NCBI RefSeq assembly: GCF_001194135.2
Contig: NC_068984.1
Location: 55,418,411-55,463,760 of the forward strand
Direction of reading: 5' to 3'
From: Octopus bimaculoides
Lineage: Eukaryota
DNA: 45,350 bases
Shown: piece after piece, positions 25,987 to 37,199 of the stretch
Position numbering within the stretch: the first letter of the stretch is position 1
Layout: the number at the start of each line of letters is the position of its first letter
Program-made: the position numbers and the translations under genes
The notes under the pieces: generated by a model
What the model was told of the DNA's origin: nothing
Databases searched by the model: none
What the model saw: the letters and a program-made list of their open reading frames with translations, nothing else

Positions 25987-26245
25987 CTGAAGAATTCACT
26001 ATTTATTATTCGTTACATTGCAGCTAACATTAGTTTGTGTAACAGGCTTGTTTTGATTCACAGATTAATAAAGTTGTCTTTCAAGATTGAGTAGAAATCA
26101 GTATTGCCAATATAATAATGATTATGTAACAAAGCACCATGTTTTTTAATGACAAGTCTTTTACTGCCAAGTTTTTTAATGGACTACATTATTAGTGAAT
26201 CATTTCCTTTTTAAGACAAAATGGTGTGATTTTGAGGGACATTCG

Positions 26246-26497
26246 TGTGGTAATAATTACTGATATTATTACTATAACTATACATGTAAATATTACTAAT
26301 GCCTATTGAAAATGAGACTCTAGAATGAAAACGAGACTTAGAAATATTTTTAAATGGCTGCCTGCTGACCAGCCAGTTTCATGACTATAGCTACTACTGA
26401 CAGATGCTGTACTATCGTTCTTAGAAGAGTAAAGCCTATTTACGGCCAATCTTTTCAGTCACTGATATTAACGAAATTGAGAGGCTACTCTACTACA
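26246..26497 (+). repeat. 5' LTR (252 bp)
   Basis: tgtggtaataattactgatatt...aacgaaattgagaggctactctactaca, a direct repeat of 30246-30513. Confidence 0.9.
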
Positions 26498-26511
26498 ATT
26501 AATTCTTCAAA

Positions 26512-27190
26512 ATGAGTAAAGCGCTACGCCCGGTGGAAGCATATGCATTTTACTTTTACCAACTACCTACACTTGCTCAATGCGGCGGAAGAGGATAAAT
26601 TCCACCTTCTCGCCAGTCACATCGGTCCCGATCTGTCTGAATATATCGCGGACTGCAACGCTTACAACAGAGCCCTTGACGTTCTTACCTCACTATATGT
26701 AAAAGCAAAGAATGTAGTGTATGTACATCATGTTATACACTTGCAACTAGGAGTACGGACAAAGGTTTAATCAATAACCCCAGAAGCTCACACGTTTCGC
26801 GAAAGACTGTGGATACAACGCTGTTTCGGCTACTGATTATTTCAACGAAACAGGAAGAGGTGCTTTCATAAGAGGCATGCATTCTTGTAGTATACAGCAG
26901 TAGTTGTTGGATCAGGACAATCTAGACCTCGGCCAGGCTTTCGTCCAAGCACGGATGCTGGAGATGGCAGAGGCGTAATTTTCAAGTTCAGTCGGTCCCC
27001 CAAATGAATCCTGTACCGTATGTCTTCCCAACCCGAAACACGACACTGTACTCGATACAATATAGCGGCCGCCACATCTAAATGTTTTTTCTGTAGCTAC
27101 AACAAACACCCACGTTCCAAGTGCCCAGCCTGGGAAGTGACATGTGAAGTCTTCAACAATGTCGGTCACTTCCAGTGAGTATGTCAATCG
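26512..27190 (+). pseudogene. gag: Gag pseudogene with two CCHC zinc knuckles
   Basis: ATG at 26512 (MSKALRP...), then DKFHLLASHIGPDLSEYIADCNAYNRALDVLTSLYVKAKN. Knuckles CFFCSYNKHPRSKCPA and CEVFNNVGHFQ*VC at 27083-27187. Confidence 0.8.
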
Positions 27191-27249
27191 TTGCGCACGA
27201 ACAAATGCTTTGTTACATACACAAATCCCATATTGTTTGCCATATCCTC

Positions 27250-27620
27250 TGCAGCTCTCCCGGCGTCATTGTCTTCAGCCTTGTTAAAGTGTACGTAAAT
27301 GGTGTGAAACTCAACGCTCTGGTTGATACTGGAAGCTCTGGTAGGTATGTACCATATCATATTGTACACTCATACGGCTGGCGTATCTATCCATCAAACA
27401 CTCCGATTTCGGTGGCCTCTACTAACTTGTCAAAAGTTAGACAATGTCACTGTTTTATTAATTTGGTCTATCGCGACAATGATTATTCTAATGAGAAGCT
27501 TTCACTTTTACCTGCGCTTTGCTCAGATGTCTTACTTGTGCACAATCTTTTGAAACAGCATGAACAAGTAAACATAGCTTTCGTGGGTCCAACACATCTA
27601 ATTTTATTTGTGGCTTGACA
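27250..27620 (+). pseudogene. pol: Retropepsin-type aspartic protease domain
   Basis: VKVYVNGVKLNALVDTGSS with the DTG motif at 27325, and downstream DVLLVHNLL, a degenerate flap/ILG region. Confidence 0.9.
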
Positions 27621-27699
27621 GCGGTTCACGTTGATATTCATACACTATTCGGGTCGCTTTCACCATATTGCAAACCATGGTTATAACATTGCAGCTCCA

Positions 27700-28560
27700 T
27701 TGCTACTAAATCCAGACACCTGTCATTGCCGGATCAGAAATTTGTCAAAAGTGAAGTCAGTCGTCTTTTGTCAGAACAAATCATTGAACTATTTCACTCA
27801 CCATGGAGGGCGCAAGTTTTAGTCACCTGTGATGAATCACACAAAAGACGAATGGTAATCGATTATAGCCAGACAGTCAATTAATGTACCTAGATGTTGC
27901 CGAACAGTCATTCCGGAACCTGAAGCCAGAGCTTTTTGGTCACTATTGACATGGAATACCTTTGGTTGTGGAGACAGATACTTCTGATATTACTATCGCC
28001 GCAACATTAAACCAGAATGGACGACCCATAACCTTCTCCAGAACGCTTCCACGCAGTGAATGCTTCTTTGGTCGAAAAGGAAACCTACGCCTGTATCACA
28101 TATCGATGAACTGGTTGAGGAAATATCTAGCTACAAGATATTCACTACTGTCGATCTTAAGAGTGCTTATCATCGGATCCCTATACTCGATGAGAAACAA
28201 TTTACAGTATTCAAAGCACGTGGGGACCTGTATCAATTCCGTCGTATACCGTTCAGTGTCACAAATGGTATAGCTTGTTTTCAACGTATCATTGATAATC
28301 TTATCAAACAAACAAAACTAGAGGATACCTTTGCCTAGGTTGACAACGTCATGATATGCGGGTGTAACGGAAGAGAACATCATGCGAATTGTGAAAGATT
28401 CCTACAAGTCACGAAGACATTCGGGCTTACCTTCAACGATGAGAAAACAGTCGTTGCTGTCAGGTTTATCACGCTCCTGGTTCAGTATGCAAAGGGGTAA
28501 GCAGACCAGATCCAGAATGATTCCGCTGCTTACGCGTGCTTCCGTCTCCTCAAGATGCCA
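27700..28560 (+). pseudogene. pol: Reverse transcriptase domain, interrupted by a duplicated RNase H segment
   Basis: PWRAQVLVT..HKRRMVIDYSQTVN (27801-27881), IDELVEEISSYKIFTTVDLKSAYHRIPI, DLYQFRRIPFSVTNGIACFQRII, DTFA*VDNVMICG (~28324-28362). Confidence 0.92.
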
Positions 28561-28665
28561 AAGCACAAGAGAGGGTCATCTGGATATTTGTTTATTATTG
28601 TCACTGGATCTCCCATTTTTCCGACAAAATCGCACCCTTGATACACAACAAGACTCCCCCCACCA

Positions 28666-29075
28666 CCTCGATGTTGCTGAACAGTCTTTCCGGAAATCAG
28701 GTCACAGCTCTTTGGTCACCATTGACCATCGAGTATCTTTGGTTGTGGAGACAGATGCTTCTGATATTGCTATCGACGCAACCTTGAATTAGAACGGATG
28801 ACCAGAACGCTTCTGCACAGTAGATACTTCCTCGGTCGAAAAGGAAGCCTACGCTATCATTGAAGTCCTCCCTAAATGGAAGCACGACCTAATGGAAGTT
28901 CAATTAGAGACGGTGACTGACAAAGGTTCGTGGCTTTCATATTCAGCAACGAACACAAAGGTAAAGGCAAGAACTGCAAGACCTTACACTGAAGGATTGA
29001 GCTATCTTGTTTCAAATACGATGACGGTTATTGGCCGGGTAAGGAGAACAAAGCTGCGCAATGCCTTTTCTCGGG
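28666..29075 (+). pseudogene. pol: RNase H domain
   Basis: LVVETDASDIAIDATLN, VEKEAYAIIEVL, and YWPGKENK...AFSR at the C-terminal end. Confidence 0.88.
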
Positions 29076-29099
29076 GTTATTGCGTATCTTCTTCCCCCA

Positions 29100-29720
29100 T
29101 GGACCTTACACAGGACCACGATTGCTTCAGCCACCGAGGCGTGACGTGATTGCTCCATTTCGTGTGGTCAAAAATCTACCGTTTTGTGCCAACGACTGCG
29201 AAGCTTTTAAAGACCACTCTGCGGTTCGAACGATTAAGTATAGATTTCAAGGGCCCACTCTCATCCACTGATTACAACAAATATCTACTCTCAGTTATCG
29301 ATTAATTTTCTCGCTTTCCGTTTGCGTTTACACGTTCAGATACATCAGACGCTACTGTCATTCATTGTCTCTACCAACTATTTTCGATTTTTGGATTCCC
29401 CTCGTTCATCCATTCTGATCGTAGCGCTGCCTCCATGTCAGCTGAGCTGAGACGATTCCTGTTTGATGAAGGTATAGCAACCTGCAGGACAATTCCATAC
29501 GATCTAGCGGGGAATGGCTACGTCGAGAGGTTCAATTCAACCTTATAGAGAAAATTACATTGGTGCTGAAGTCTAAGGGGTTGAGTACGTGTCACTAACA
29601 GCATGTACTCCTTCATGCTCTGTACTCTATTCGCTCTCTCTCCTCTACATGAGCATTAACACCATGCCTCAGGAGAGGTTGTTCAGTTTTCACCGCCGCT
29701 CAACTTCTTGGACCTAACTA
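29100..29720 (+). pseudogene. pol: Integrase domain (D,D-35-E)
   Basis: FERLSIDFKGPL (D at 29243), FSIFGFPSFIHSDR (D at 29417), GNGYVERFNSTL (E at 29525, 36 codons after the second D). Confidence 0.92.
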
Positions 29721-30233
29721 CCAGAATTGCTAGTGATGAGTGGAGTTGTGCTCCTGAAGAAACAACAGTAGTTCTCAAAATACGATCCAGCAGCAGAAAA
29801 GTTTGAATTACTTAAATGCCATCCACAGTACGACCATGTACACTTATCGAGCGGCAAGGACGAAACAGTTTCCTTGAAACTCCGGGGATAGAAGCGCGAT
29901 TTTCTTATACACCGACCGAGCTTGATACCTCATCGTGCAACCAGGAACCTGTGAACGATCTCGAAGCGGTAACACTGACAGTTGAAACTATAACCAGTGG
30001 TATAGATCCTAAAGAAGCTAACAGCTCAAAATTGATAATCCAGAGCAATCGAAAGCAGGTCAACAGCGTCTACGCTGATATAACATAAGAAACCGAAAGG
30101 CTGGTCAACGGCATCTACATTCATAGAACTTGCGAAGTTGAAAGACTGAAGTATCCGGAGTATTGTAATGACCCATCTTATATTTTGATGCCTAAGAACT
30201 TTACGAACTCACCTGGTAGTTCTCATATTCTTC

Positions 30234-30245
30234 AGTAGGGAAGAA
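30234..30245 (+). promoter_or_regulatory. Polypurine tract (plus-strand primer)
   Basis: agtagggaagaa immediately precedes the 3' LTR TG. Confidence 0.75.
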
Positions 30246-30513
30246 TGTGCTAATGATTACTGATATTATACTACAACTATATATGTTATATTTACCAGTG
30301 TTCATATTACTACTGTTAATATTACTACTGCTAGTTGAAAACTAGGCTTGGAAATAGTAATTAAACATGGCTGTCTGCTAAACAGCCAGCTTCATGACTA
30401 AAGCTTACTACTGACGGATTCTATACTCTCGTTCATAGAAGATTAAAGCTTATTTACGGCCAATCTTTTCAATCTCCTGTATTAACGAAATTGAGAATTG
30501 CTACACTACTACA
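30246..30513 (+). repeat. 3' LTR (268 bp)
   Basis: tgtgctaatgattactgatatt...aacgaaattgagaattgctacactactaca; roughly 85% identical by eye to the 5' LTR in the alignable 3' half. Confidence 0.9.
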
Positions 30514-30573
30514 GGCCAACCGACCTGGAAGACGTTCACTTGTTTAGTGGTATTTTTTTTTTCGCTCTGTCAG

Positions 30574-30698
30574 ACTGGTGATAGCAGCGGAAACTTTGCT
30601 CATGGACTTCGCATATTACTGAATAGAAGTTTAGACCGAAATCTGGTCCACAATGCTTGCAGCAAATTGAACTCCCCTAAAGGAGCTAATGGATCAGG
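30574..30698 (+). CDS. Candidate internal exon (125 nt, phase 0 to 2)
   Basis: Strong acceptor tttttttttcgctctgtcAG and donor CAGG|GTAAAG. One open frame: TGDSSGNFAHGLRILLNRSLDRNLVHNACSKLNSPKGANGS. More GC-rich than the flanks. No homology recognised. Confidence 0.3.
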
Positions 30699-32235
30699 GT
30701 AAAGAAATCTAACCCTGGCAATAGGTTGTGCTTATCACCCTACAATAGGAACTGTTTCTCAAGCGGGCTTTCGAAAAACTTCTACTTAAATACCCTGCTG
30801 TAAAACTTAGATTTATTCGAAGCTGTGATAAAAGGAATTTGCTCAAACTGTCCGTAGATTGATCGAACCGAAAACTTGTAATTGCAAATTGAAAACCTTA
30901 AACACAAATCCATTTTGTCAGCATTGCATTCAGGGAGAAATATAAAATGGATACTGTATTTTTGAGAGATTAGTAGATGATTAAATCACATCCTGTTAGC
31001 TTGTTTCTGTTTCTTTTTTAGAGAGATCAATAAACTTACATATAACAATTGTAAGTAGAAGGCAAGAAATTGATTGTATCTAAAGGAAATAAGTATCACT
31101 ACAGAAAATAGTCCCGTTAGGTGGGTAATGTTACGCTTGTCTCAAAATTTAATAAACAATTCAGAAAGGTTAATCATTAATTCATTTGACCTGGGGATGG
31201 TCCTCACTATTAGAACTAATATCAAATCAAGATGAATTAACTGTCTGGGTGCTGTAAGGGGATATTCATATAGTGATTGTGTCTGATCTCTAATATTATA
31301 AGCTTCGCATGTCATTTAGTTGTGAAATATCTCTTATTAGCGAAATTTGGTTTTAAGCCAAGTTTTGCTATTGTTCTGTGAAAACTTTATCTTCGTTGTT
31401 ATTAATATTGCCCGCGTGAGGGAATTCCTCATAACATTTTCATATATCCACTTGGTGCACTCAACCTATGCAATATCTAAGTCTTCGTGTAAACTATTAT
31501 ACACAAATTCTTATCAGAACTAAGAGTTATGATCTAATAGTTGCATGGCATACCCAAGCAAAAATATTAAGAATAAATCTATGAAGGTTTCCTCATATTC
31601 ACAATTTGATCATCACTTAAATCTAAACCGAAAACAACGTAACTGAACCGACTTTCTGAGACCATGCCAACAACGAAACATCTATGCCTTGACTTGATTT
31701 TCTAGAAAGTTCAACAGAAATGACGAAAGAGTATTTATCATGCACACCCACTCACAGACTGATACACTCGCAGCTGATCTACACAGCTGGTATACACACA
31801 TCCACTCATTTTTGTACGCGAGCACCCACACATGACTTATACGCAAACGCACCCATAACTGAACTCACCCTAGCAAACACACACATACGCACCAACGAGC
31901 CGATGCCATAACATTTCACACATAAGCCAGCTTACACGCGCGCGTGCATAGCAGGTGCACCTCGATAGGCGTCAGAGGCCCATGTCTATGCACTCATACA
32001 TTTGATTTACACACACACACTACCTCACTCGCAAATCCCTTCAAAGATCGGACAGACATTAAGGTGTCAAAAGCTCCCTGTCCAACTGCGCGGTTCAAGA
32101 AATTCTCCTTTTAATGCATATAGTGTCGTCACTGGAATGTCGATCTGACTTTTAAAAACACCATGTGATTCGCTTTGACCTATAGTAGCGCAGTTTCCGG
32201 TAGCCGTCTTTGACTTCTTGTAACGTCTCCATTAG

Positions 32236-32258
32236 GCTGACTGAGCGCGACGAGCGAG
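32236..32258 (+). CDS. Candidate micro-exon (23 nt, phase 2 to 1; xLTERDERx)
   Basis: gtctccattAG acceptor and GAG|GTAAGA donor; phase compatible with 30574-30698. Confidence 0.2.
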
Positions 32259-32393
32259 GTAAGAAGCTTACGAAGTTGCATGGAGCAAAATCAAACTGTT
32301 TCAAATAATATATGTAACTCCTACTAAATATATTGAGTGCTTCTTTCCTTCGTTTGTTCACTAACCCGTATGTATATATATATATATATATAT

Positions 32394-32469
32394 NNNNNNN
32401 NNNNNNNNNNNNNNNNNNNNNNNNNNNNNNNNNNNNNNNNNNNNNNNNNNNNNNNNNNNNNNNNNNNNN
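32394..32469. other. Assembly gap
   Basis: Run of N. Confidence 0.99.
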
Positions 32470-32764
32470 ATATATGTATGTATGTATGTATGTACGTATA
32501 TAGCAAATGAAAAACGGAAGATGGAATATACGAGAATTTAATATTAATCACAATTGTTTCGACATATCTAGCATCGATCCTTCATGAGTGGGACAGTATA
32601 CAACTGGTTCAGGAGCATAAATTAAATAGAGAGATACAATTGACAATCCAATAATTTATTTAGATTATAATATAACATAATATACTACGAATATAATATA
32701 AGATAACACAAGCAATTATCAAAACACACCATAAAAGCCAACAATTTGTTTCGACTTATATCTA

Positions 32765-32769
32765 ATATA

Positions 32770-32805
<36 letters not shown>

Positions 32806-32860
32806 TGTATGTATGTATGTATGTATGTATGTGTGTGTGTATGTATGTATGTATGTGTAA
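32765..32860. repeat. (TA)n(TATG)n microsatellite
   Basis: Directly visible. Confidence 0.9.
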
Positions 32861-33054
32861 GAGTATATGTATATGCACAAAAGTGTAAGTGTACCAGTGG
32901 ACTTTACAAAAGAAATCGTAAATACATGACAATGTGACGTGCTGCATTCTTACTTTCTCTAAATGTTAGACTTCTTTACAGCCTGAATATTTCTAATATC
33001 TATGGGGATAAAAATCAAATCTCTTACTTAAGAAAATAGTGCTCTCATTGCTGT

Positions 33055-33265
33055 ATTGATTTCAAATTTGGGTACAAAGCCAGTATTTGGGGAGAAGGGA
33101 AAAGTCTATTCCATTGACCAGCGTGTTCAACAGGTACTTATCTTATCGGCTCCGAAATGATAAAGAGTAAAGTCGGCCGCAGCGGAATTTGAACTCCGAA
33201 CACGAAGACGAACGAAGTCCCGCTAAGTATTTTATAGGGTGCAGTAATGATTCTGCCAGTTCACC
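33055..33265 (-). mobile_element. Degenerate copy of the 10420-10624 SINE family
   Basis: ttcaaatttgggtacaaagccag...ggtacttatcttatcgg...aaagtcggccgcagcggaatttgaactcc...ttctgccagttcacc. Confidence 0.75.
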
Positions 33266-35600
33266 AGTTTGGTTCTCATTATTATATTACCAATTTAAAA
33301 TATTTGACTTATAAACCGGATTTAGTGAATAAATATTTTCAATTCAAACTAATTCATTCTTCCACTGTTTGTGGACAGTGAATATTTAATGTGACTGACT
33401 TACTTGACTTACATCTGAGCGTCTTCGACTGACAAAAATTTACTGTTGGAGGCTGACTCAATGTTTGGTGCAAGAATTTTTCTAAATTAACCACAATCGT
33501 TATAGTTTAGTCTCTCAACTCCAGTCCAGCAAACTTATGACCAAACGTATATGAACAATGACCATCCATTTTGTTATTTGGTTAGTCTCCGTCTAGGGTC
33601 CCCCTTGTCCCGTGTTTCTGTCTTCTTTTAACACAGTATGCTGTGATTTGAGGGATATTTAGCTGGGGTTCCCTCGTTGACTGCTTGGCCTATGCATGAT
33701 AATATATAAAGACAAAGATAGGTGAGAAGAAATAAAGACAGGTATGCTTCTGTGTAGTTATCTTAATACACTGAGAGATAGAAAACATAAGCTTTGTATT
33801 CTTTTTGATTAGAAGATTTTTTTATTGTTGTTCTTGCAGTTTTTTCTATATTTGACGCAAATCTAGAATTCAAAATACTGAATGTTATAAAGAAATATTA
33901 ATAAATTCATGAGAAATATTGATTTTTGTGTTTGGATTAATTTCCAGACTATTTAGATTGTTGTCTGAGGAAAATGTTGTATTATGGAATAAACAGTTCT
34001 TATAACAATATTGAATCTACCTATTAAGTTTACTAAAACTTTGTGCTAATAATGTTTTACAAACTTTTCTCTAAAAAGATTCATTTTTAGACTTGTTTCG
34101 CCATTGGATTATCCGATTTTTTCAGGGAATGGCAAGTTGTTTGAACGTCTTTCTTAAAACTATTTTCAGGAAAATACCTGTCAGTACAGCTAGCAACGGA
34201 AAATGTGTAAGTAGGCGAGGTAATGAGCTCGATCAAAAGCTTTATATAGCATCAGCTATAAAATTAAAAACAAAATAAAGAGGTGAACTAGATGTTAGTG
34301 TTTGGTTACCAGCAAATTTATAAGTTTGGCTAAATTGTCTTTTCTTTCGTTTGAGAATTAAAGTTTTAATAACAGACGAATTATAAATATTCCGAATTCC
34401 ATAAGAATATTAGAAAACAAGTTGTGTATGTTTAAGTTATTAGCTTAAAATCCTTCCAAATGATGTTCTATTATCTTAGTTGGCGTTGATTGCAGTAATT
34501 ATTCCAAACAAAGCCTACAATGAAGTCGACGGGGGTGTAATGGCAATATGCCTGCGTCTATGCTCTACTATATGATTTTTTTTGTATGCTAAATAAAGAT
34601 GGTCATGAAGAATTTATATAATGTATGTGATATATGGCTAACATACGAGGGGGCACGCTTCTGTGTTGGGCATTTATGTATACTTTTATCGCCAATAATA
34701 ACATTAATGCTTGCTTTCATAAACAAAGATTGAAGTTTTCTTTTAAATATATAGAAAATGAAGTGAAAGCTTTAAAGTACATAAAATTCTTAGCTTGCTC
34801 TAAAATAAAAGTCAGATTATAATTCATAGACAAAGTATTTCAGTCTAACAACTAAGAGAAAACAAACTAGTACGCTCCAATTCAGAGCCAGGGTAATTTT
34901 AATCACACTTATCTTATTCAGGCTCTTTATATATCTGTTCATACTGTAATAAATCATTTGTTAATTTAGAACTAGGTAAAAATTGTAATGTTCACTTTAA
35001 GCTTCATGACACCAGAATTATTTTTAAAATTTCGGAAACGTTATGCTACAAACTTATTCACACGTTGATGGACGTAATGATCCTCATACACTACATAATT
35101 AACCTTCAAATATCAGTTCGTTGATATAGCTACTGAATGATGTATATAAATGTCATGACTGAGAGAGCATACGTGCTTTCAACAGCGTTCAAACTGGACG
35201 TGAATCCATTAGGTCGAAATCACAATCTTATTGTCATTAGACCTGTATATTCATATTATTGTTTCTAACGTTTAAATTATTATGTAACAAGACTACAGGT
35301 ATATTCTTCTGAAGAATTAATAACCCATTTTCTATATTTATGTTAATTACTTTTCCTTAAATCACTATAATTTTATTATTGCCAGAAATATTAACTAACA
35401 TCGATTTTTTTCACATTCTACAAGCTAATATTCTGTATGCCTATTCTTGTTTACGTAACCTCTGGATATTTGTGCATTATGGGAAACCGAGAAATTTTAT
35501 GCATGTGCTTTTCTTTTTTATAATTTTCTGCTTCGTGCAAATGAAATAGTGGTAATATAAATGTATAGCTATCAACCAGTTCAATAATTATGTCACGACT

Positions 35601-35651
35601 AATTCCAGTTATTTTTACATTTATGTTTTGAGCGTAAAAATAACTGGAATT
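35601..35651. repeat. Perfect 18-bp inverted repeat with a 15-nt loop
   Basis: aattccagttatttttac (35601-35618) and gtaaaaataactggaatt (35634-35651). Confidence 0.85.
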
Positions 35652-37173
35652 CGATTTACCATTATTTCAATCTAATTGTTATAAAATAAAAATATATGAG
35701 GTGAAATTTTCTTCCTTTTTGTTAGATTGAAATGTGTTTTCAACAAATAAAATGAGGCACCAGTTTTAGAAATCAATTTTCTTCCTTGCTTTCTTCTGTA
35801 CTTCTAAATAAGGAAATCATAATTCACAGAATATCTAAATATATTTTACATTTTCCTTTGACTTAGACTCCGAATGATCAGATGAAGTAGCCAATGTATT
35901 TATGGCACTGTTCTTTTCTTTGGAGGATATCAGGTTTGCTCTCGTATGATAGAATGCGTTTGCCAAATGAGTAAACATTTCCTTCAGGAGTTTTTTCTTT
36001 GTTATTTTTCTAACAGTGAATGGGTTTTCCATAACAGAAATTCAATAAACAATCACCAATAATCAATACTTCTTAACCTCAAAATTACCACTGGAACCAG
36101 TATTCTCTCGCCTTATTAAAATAGAGTGCTTTATCAGTAATTGTAATTTATTTTAACTTCAGAAATATCCATTGTAGTATTTGTGAAATGCCTCAAAGTA
36201 TTCTATTTTGTAGTTACCTCATTGTATAAAATGATATTATGCATTAGAATACTATTAGTTTGTTTAAATAACATTATATTACAATATCCTGCTATTTGCA
36301 TGTATTAAATAACATACCCCTATCACAATAATATTAGCTAATAATAAACATTATCACCTAGTACATTAGCAATGTTTTCCCACCTCATTCATTTTCATTA
36401 TCCTTTCCTCCAATAAAAATCTTCGTACAAAGCAACACCACAATCTTCAATAAGGCAACATAGTCTATCAGCAAAACAATATTATCCTCCAATAAAATAA
36501 TATTTTTGCTTCTAGCGGTGATTGAAATGCTAACGTTACTACAAAACAGCTACACACTTTAATTCTTCTTTAGTTTGCACAGAGGAGTGTATGAACAGTT
36601 GTCTAAGCTGATTACAAAGTAATTTCTTCCAATAAGTTGTTTAAGTGTTTGTAAACATTCTTTGTTGATGCAATATCGTACTGTTTCTAAACCAGTTGCT
36701 CTGTTGTTACAAAAACGCACCAACTGATTATGAGTTGATGTCCACCTATATTCAATTGCAGTAATTATACCTGCACGATAATGTGTTTTGATATAGCGTT
36801 ATTGCTGGGATTTTCAAATATTCAGGGAATAAATTATGAAATTTTTAATTCTGTATAAACTAAGATTCTTTATCACATTAAAGCATTTCTCTTTATTTCA
36901 ATGACAAAAATAACAGTTGACGCTAAACAAAAATAATCTATTTGCATATACATATATTATGGTATTCTACAAATCAAAGTTATTTTTCGTTTCAATAACA
37001 ACGCCACAAATTATACAGTAGACATGGGCTAATAATTATATGTAAACAGTATACGTCACGAAACTTACAGACACAAATCATCGCAGCTGTCATCTTCTAT
37101 TTTGTTAAATTAGTAAAGAAAAAGTCACTAATTTACCTCGATATGACCTTGATGCAATCTTTCCTTGACTTAC

Positions 37174-37198
37174 GTTTCCTTAAATTAGAGTCCCATTC
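37174..37198 (-). CDS. Candidate micro-exon (25 nt, phase 0 to 1; EWDSNLRK)
   Basis: Acceptor catcttccAG follows a ~380-nt pyrimidine tract; consensus donor GTAAGT; only phase 0 is open. Confidence 0.25.
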
Positions 37199-37199
37199 C

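Larger units (their letters stand above)
26246..30513 (+). mobile_element. Decayed full-length Ty3/gypsy LTR retrotransposon (Mag-like by Gag architecture)
   Basis: Paired TG...CA LTRs enclose gag, protease, RT, RNase H and integrase in gypsy order (RT-RH-IN), with a PPT before the 3' LTR. Numerous stops and frameshifts. Confidence 0.95.

Noticed and set aside
32152-32255. Minus-strand SLMETLQEVKDGYRKLRYY, superficially like a DnaJ EIKKAYRKL motif
   Set aside because: Weak donor, no HPD motif or other J-domain context, and it overlaps a better plus-strand micro-exon signal.
34644-34660. TACGAGGGG resembling a mariner terminus (a similar one lies near 38738)
   Set aside because: No matching inverted terminus or transposase motifs were found.
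36558-36770. 71-codon Met-less open frame on the minus strand after a gcAG
   Set aside because: Poor pyrimidine tract and no homology; several frames of this length are expected by chance in 45 kb of AT-rich DNA.
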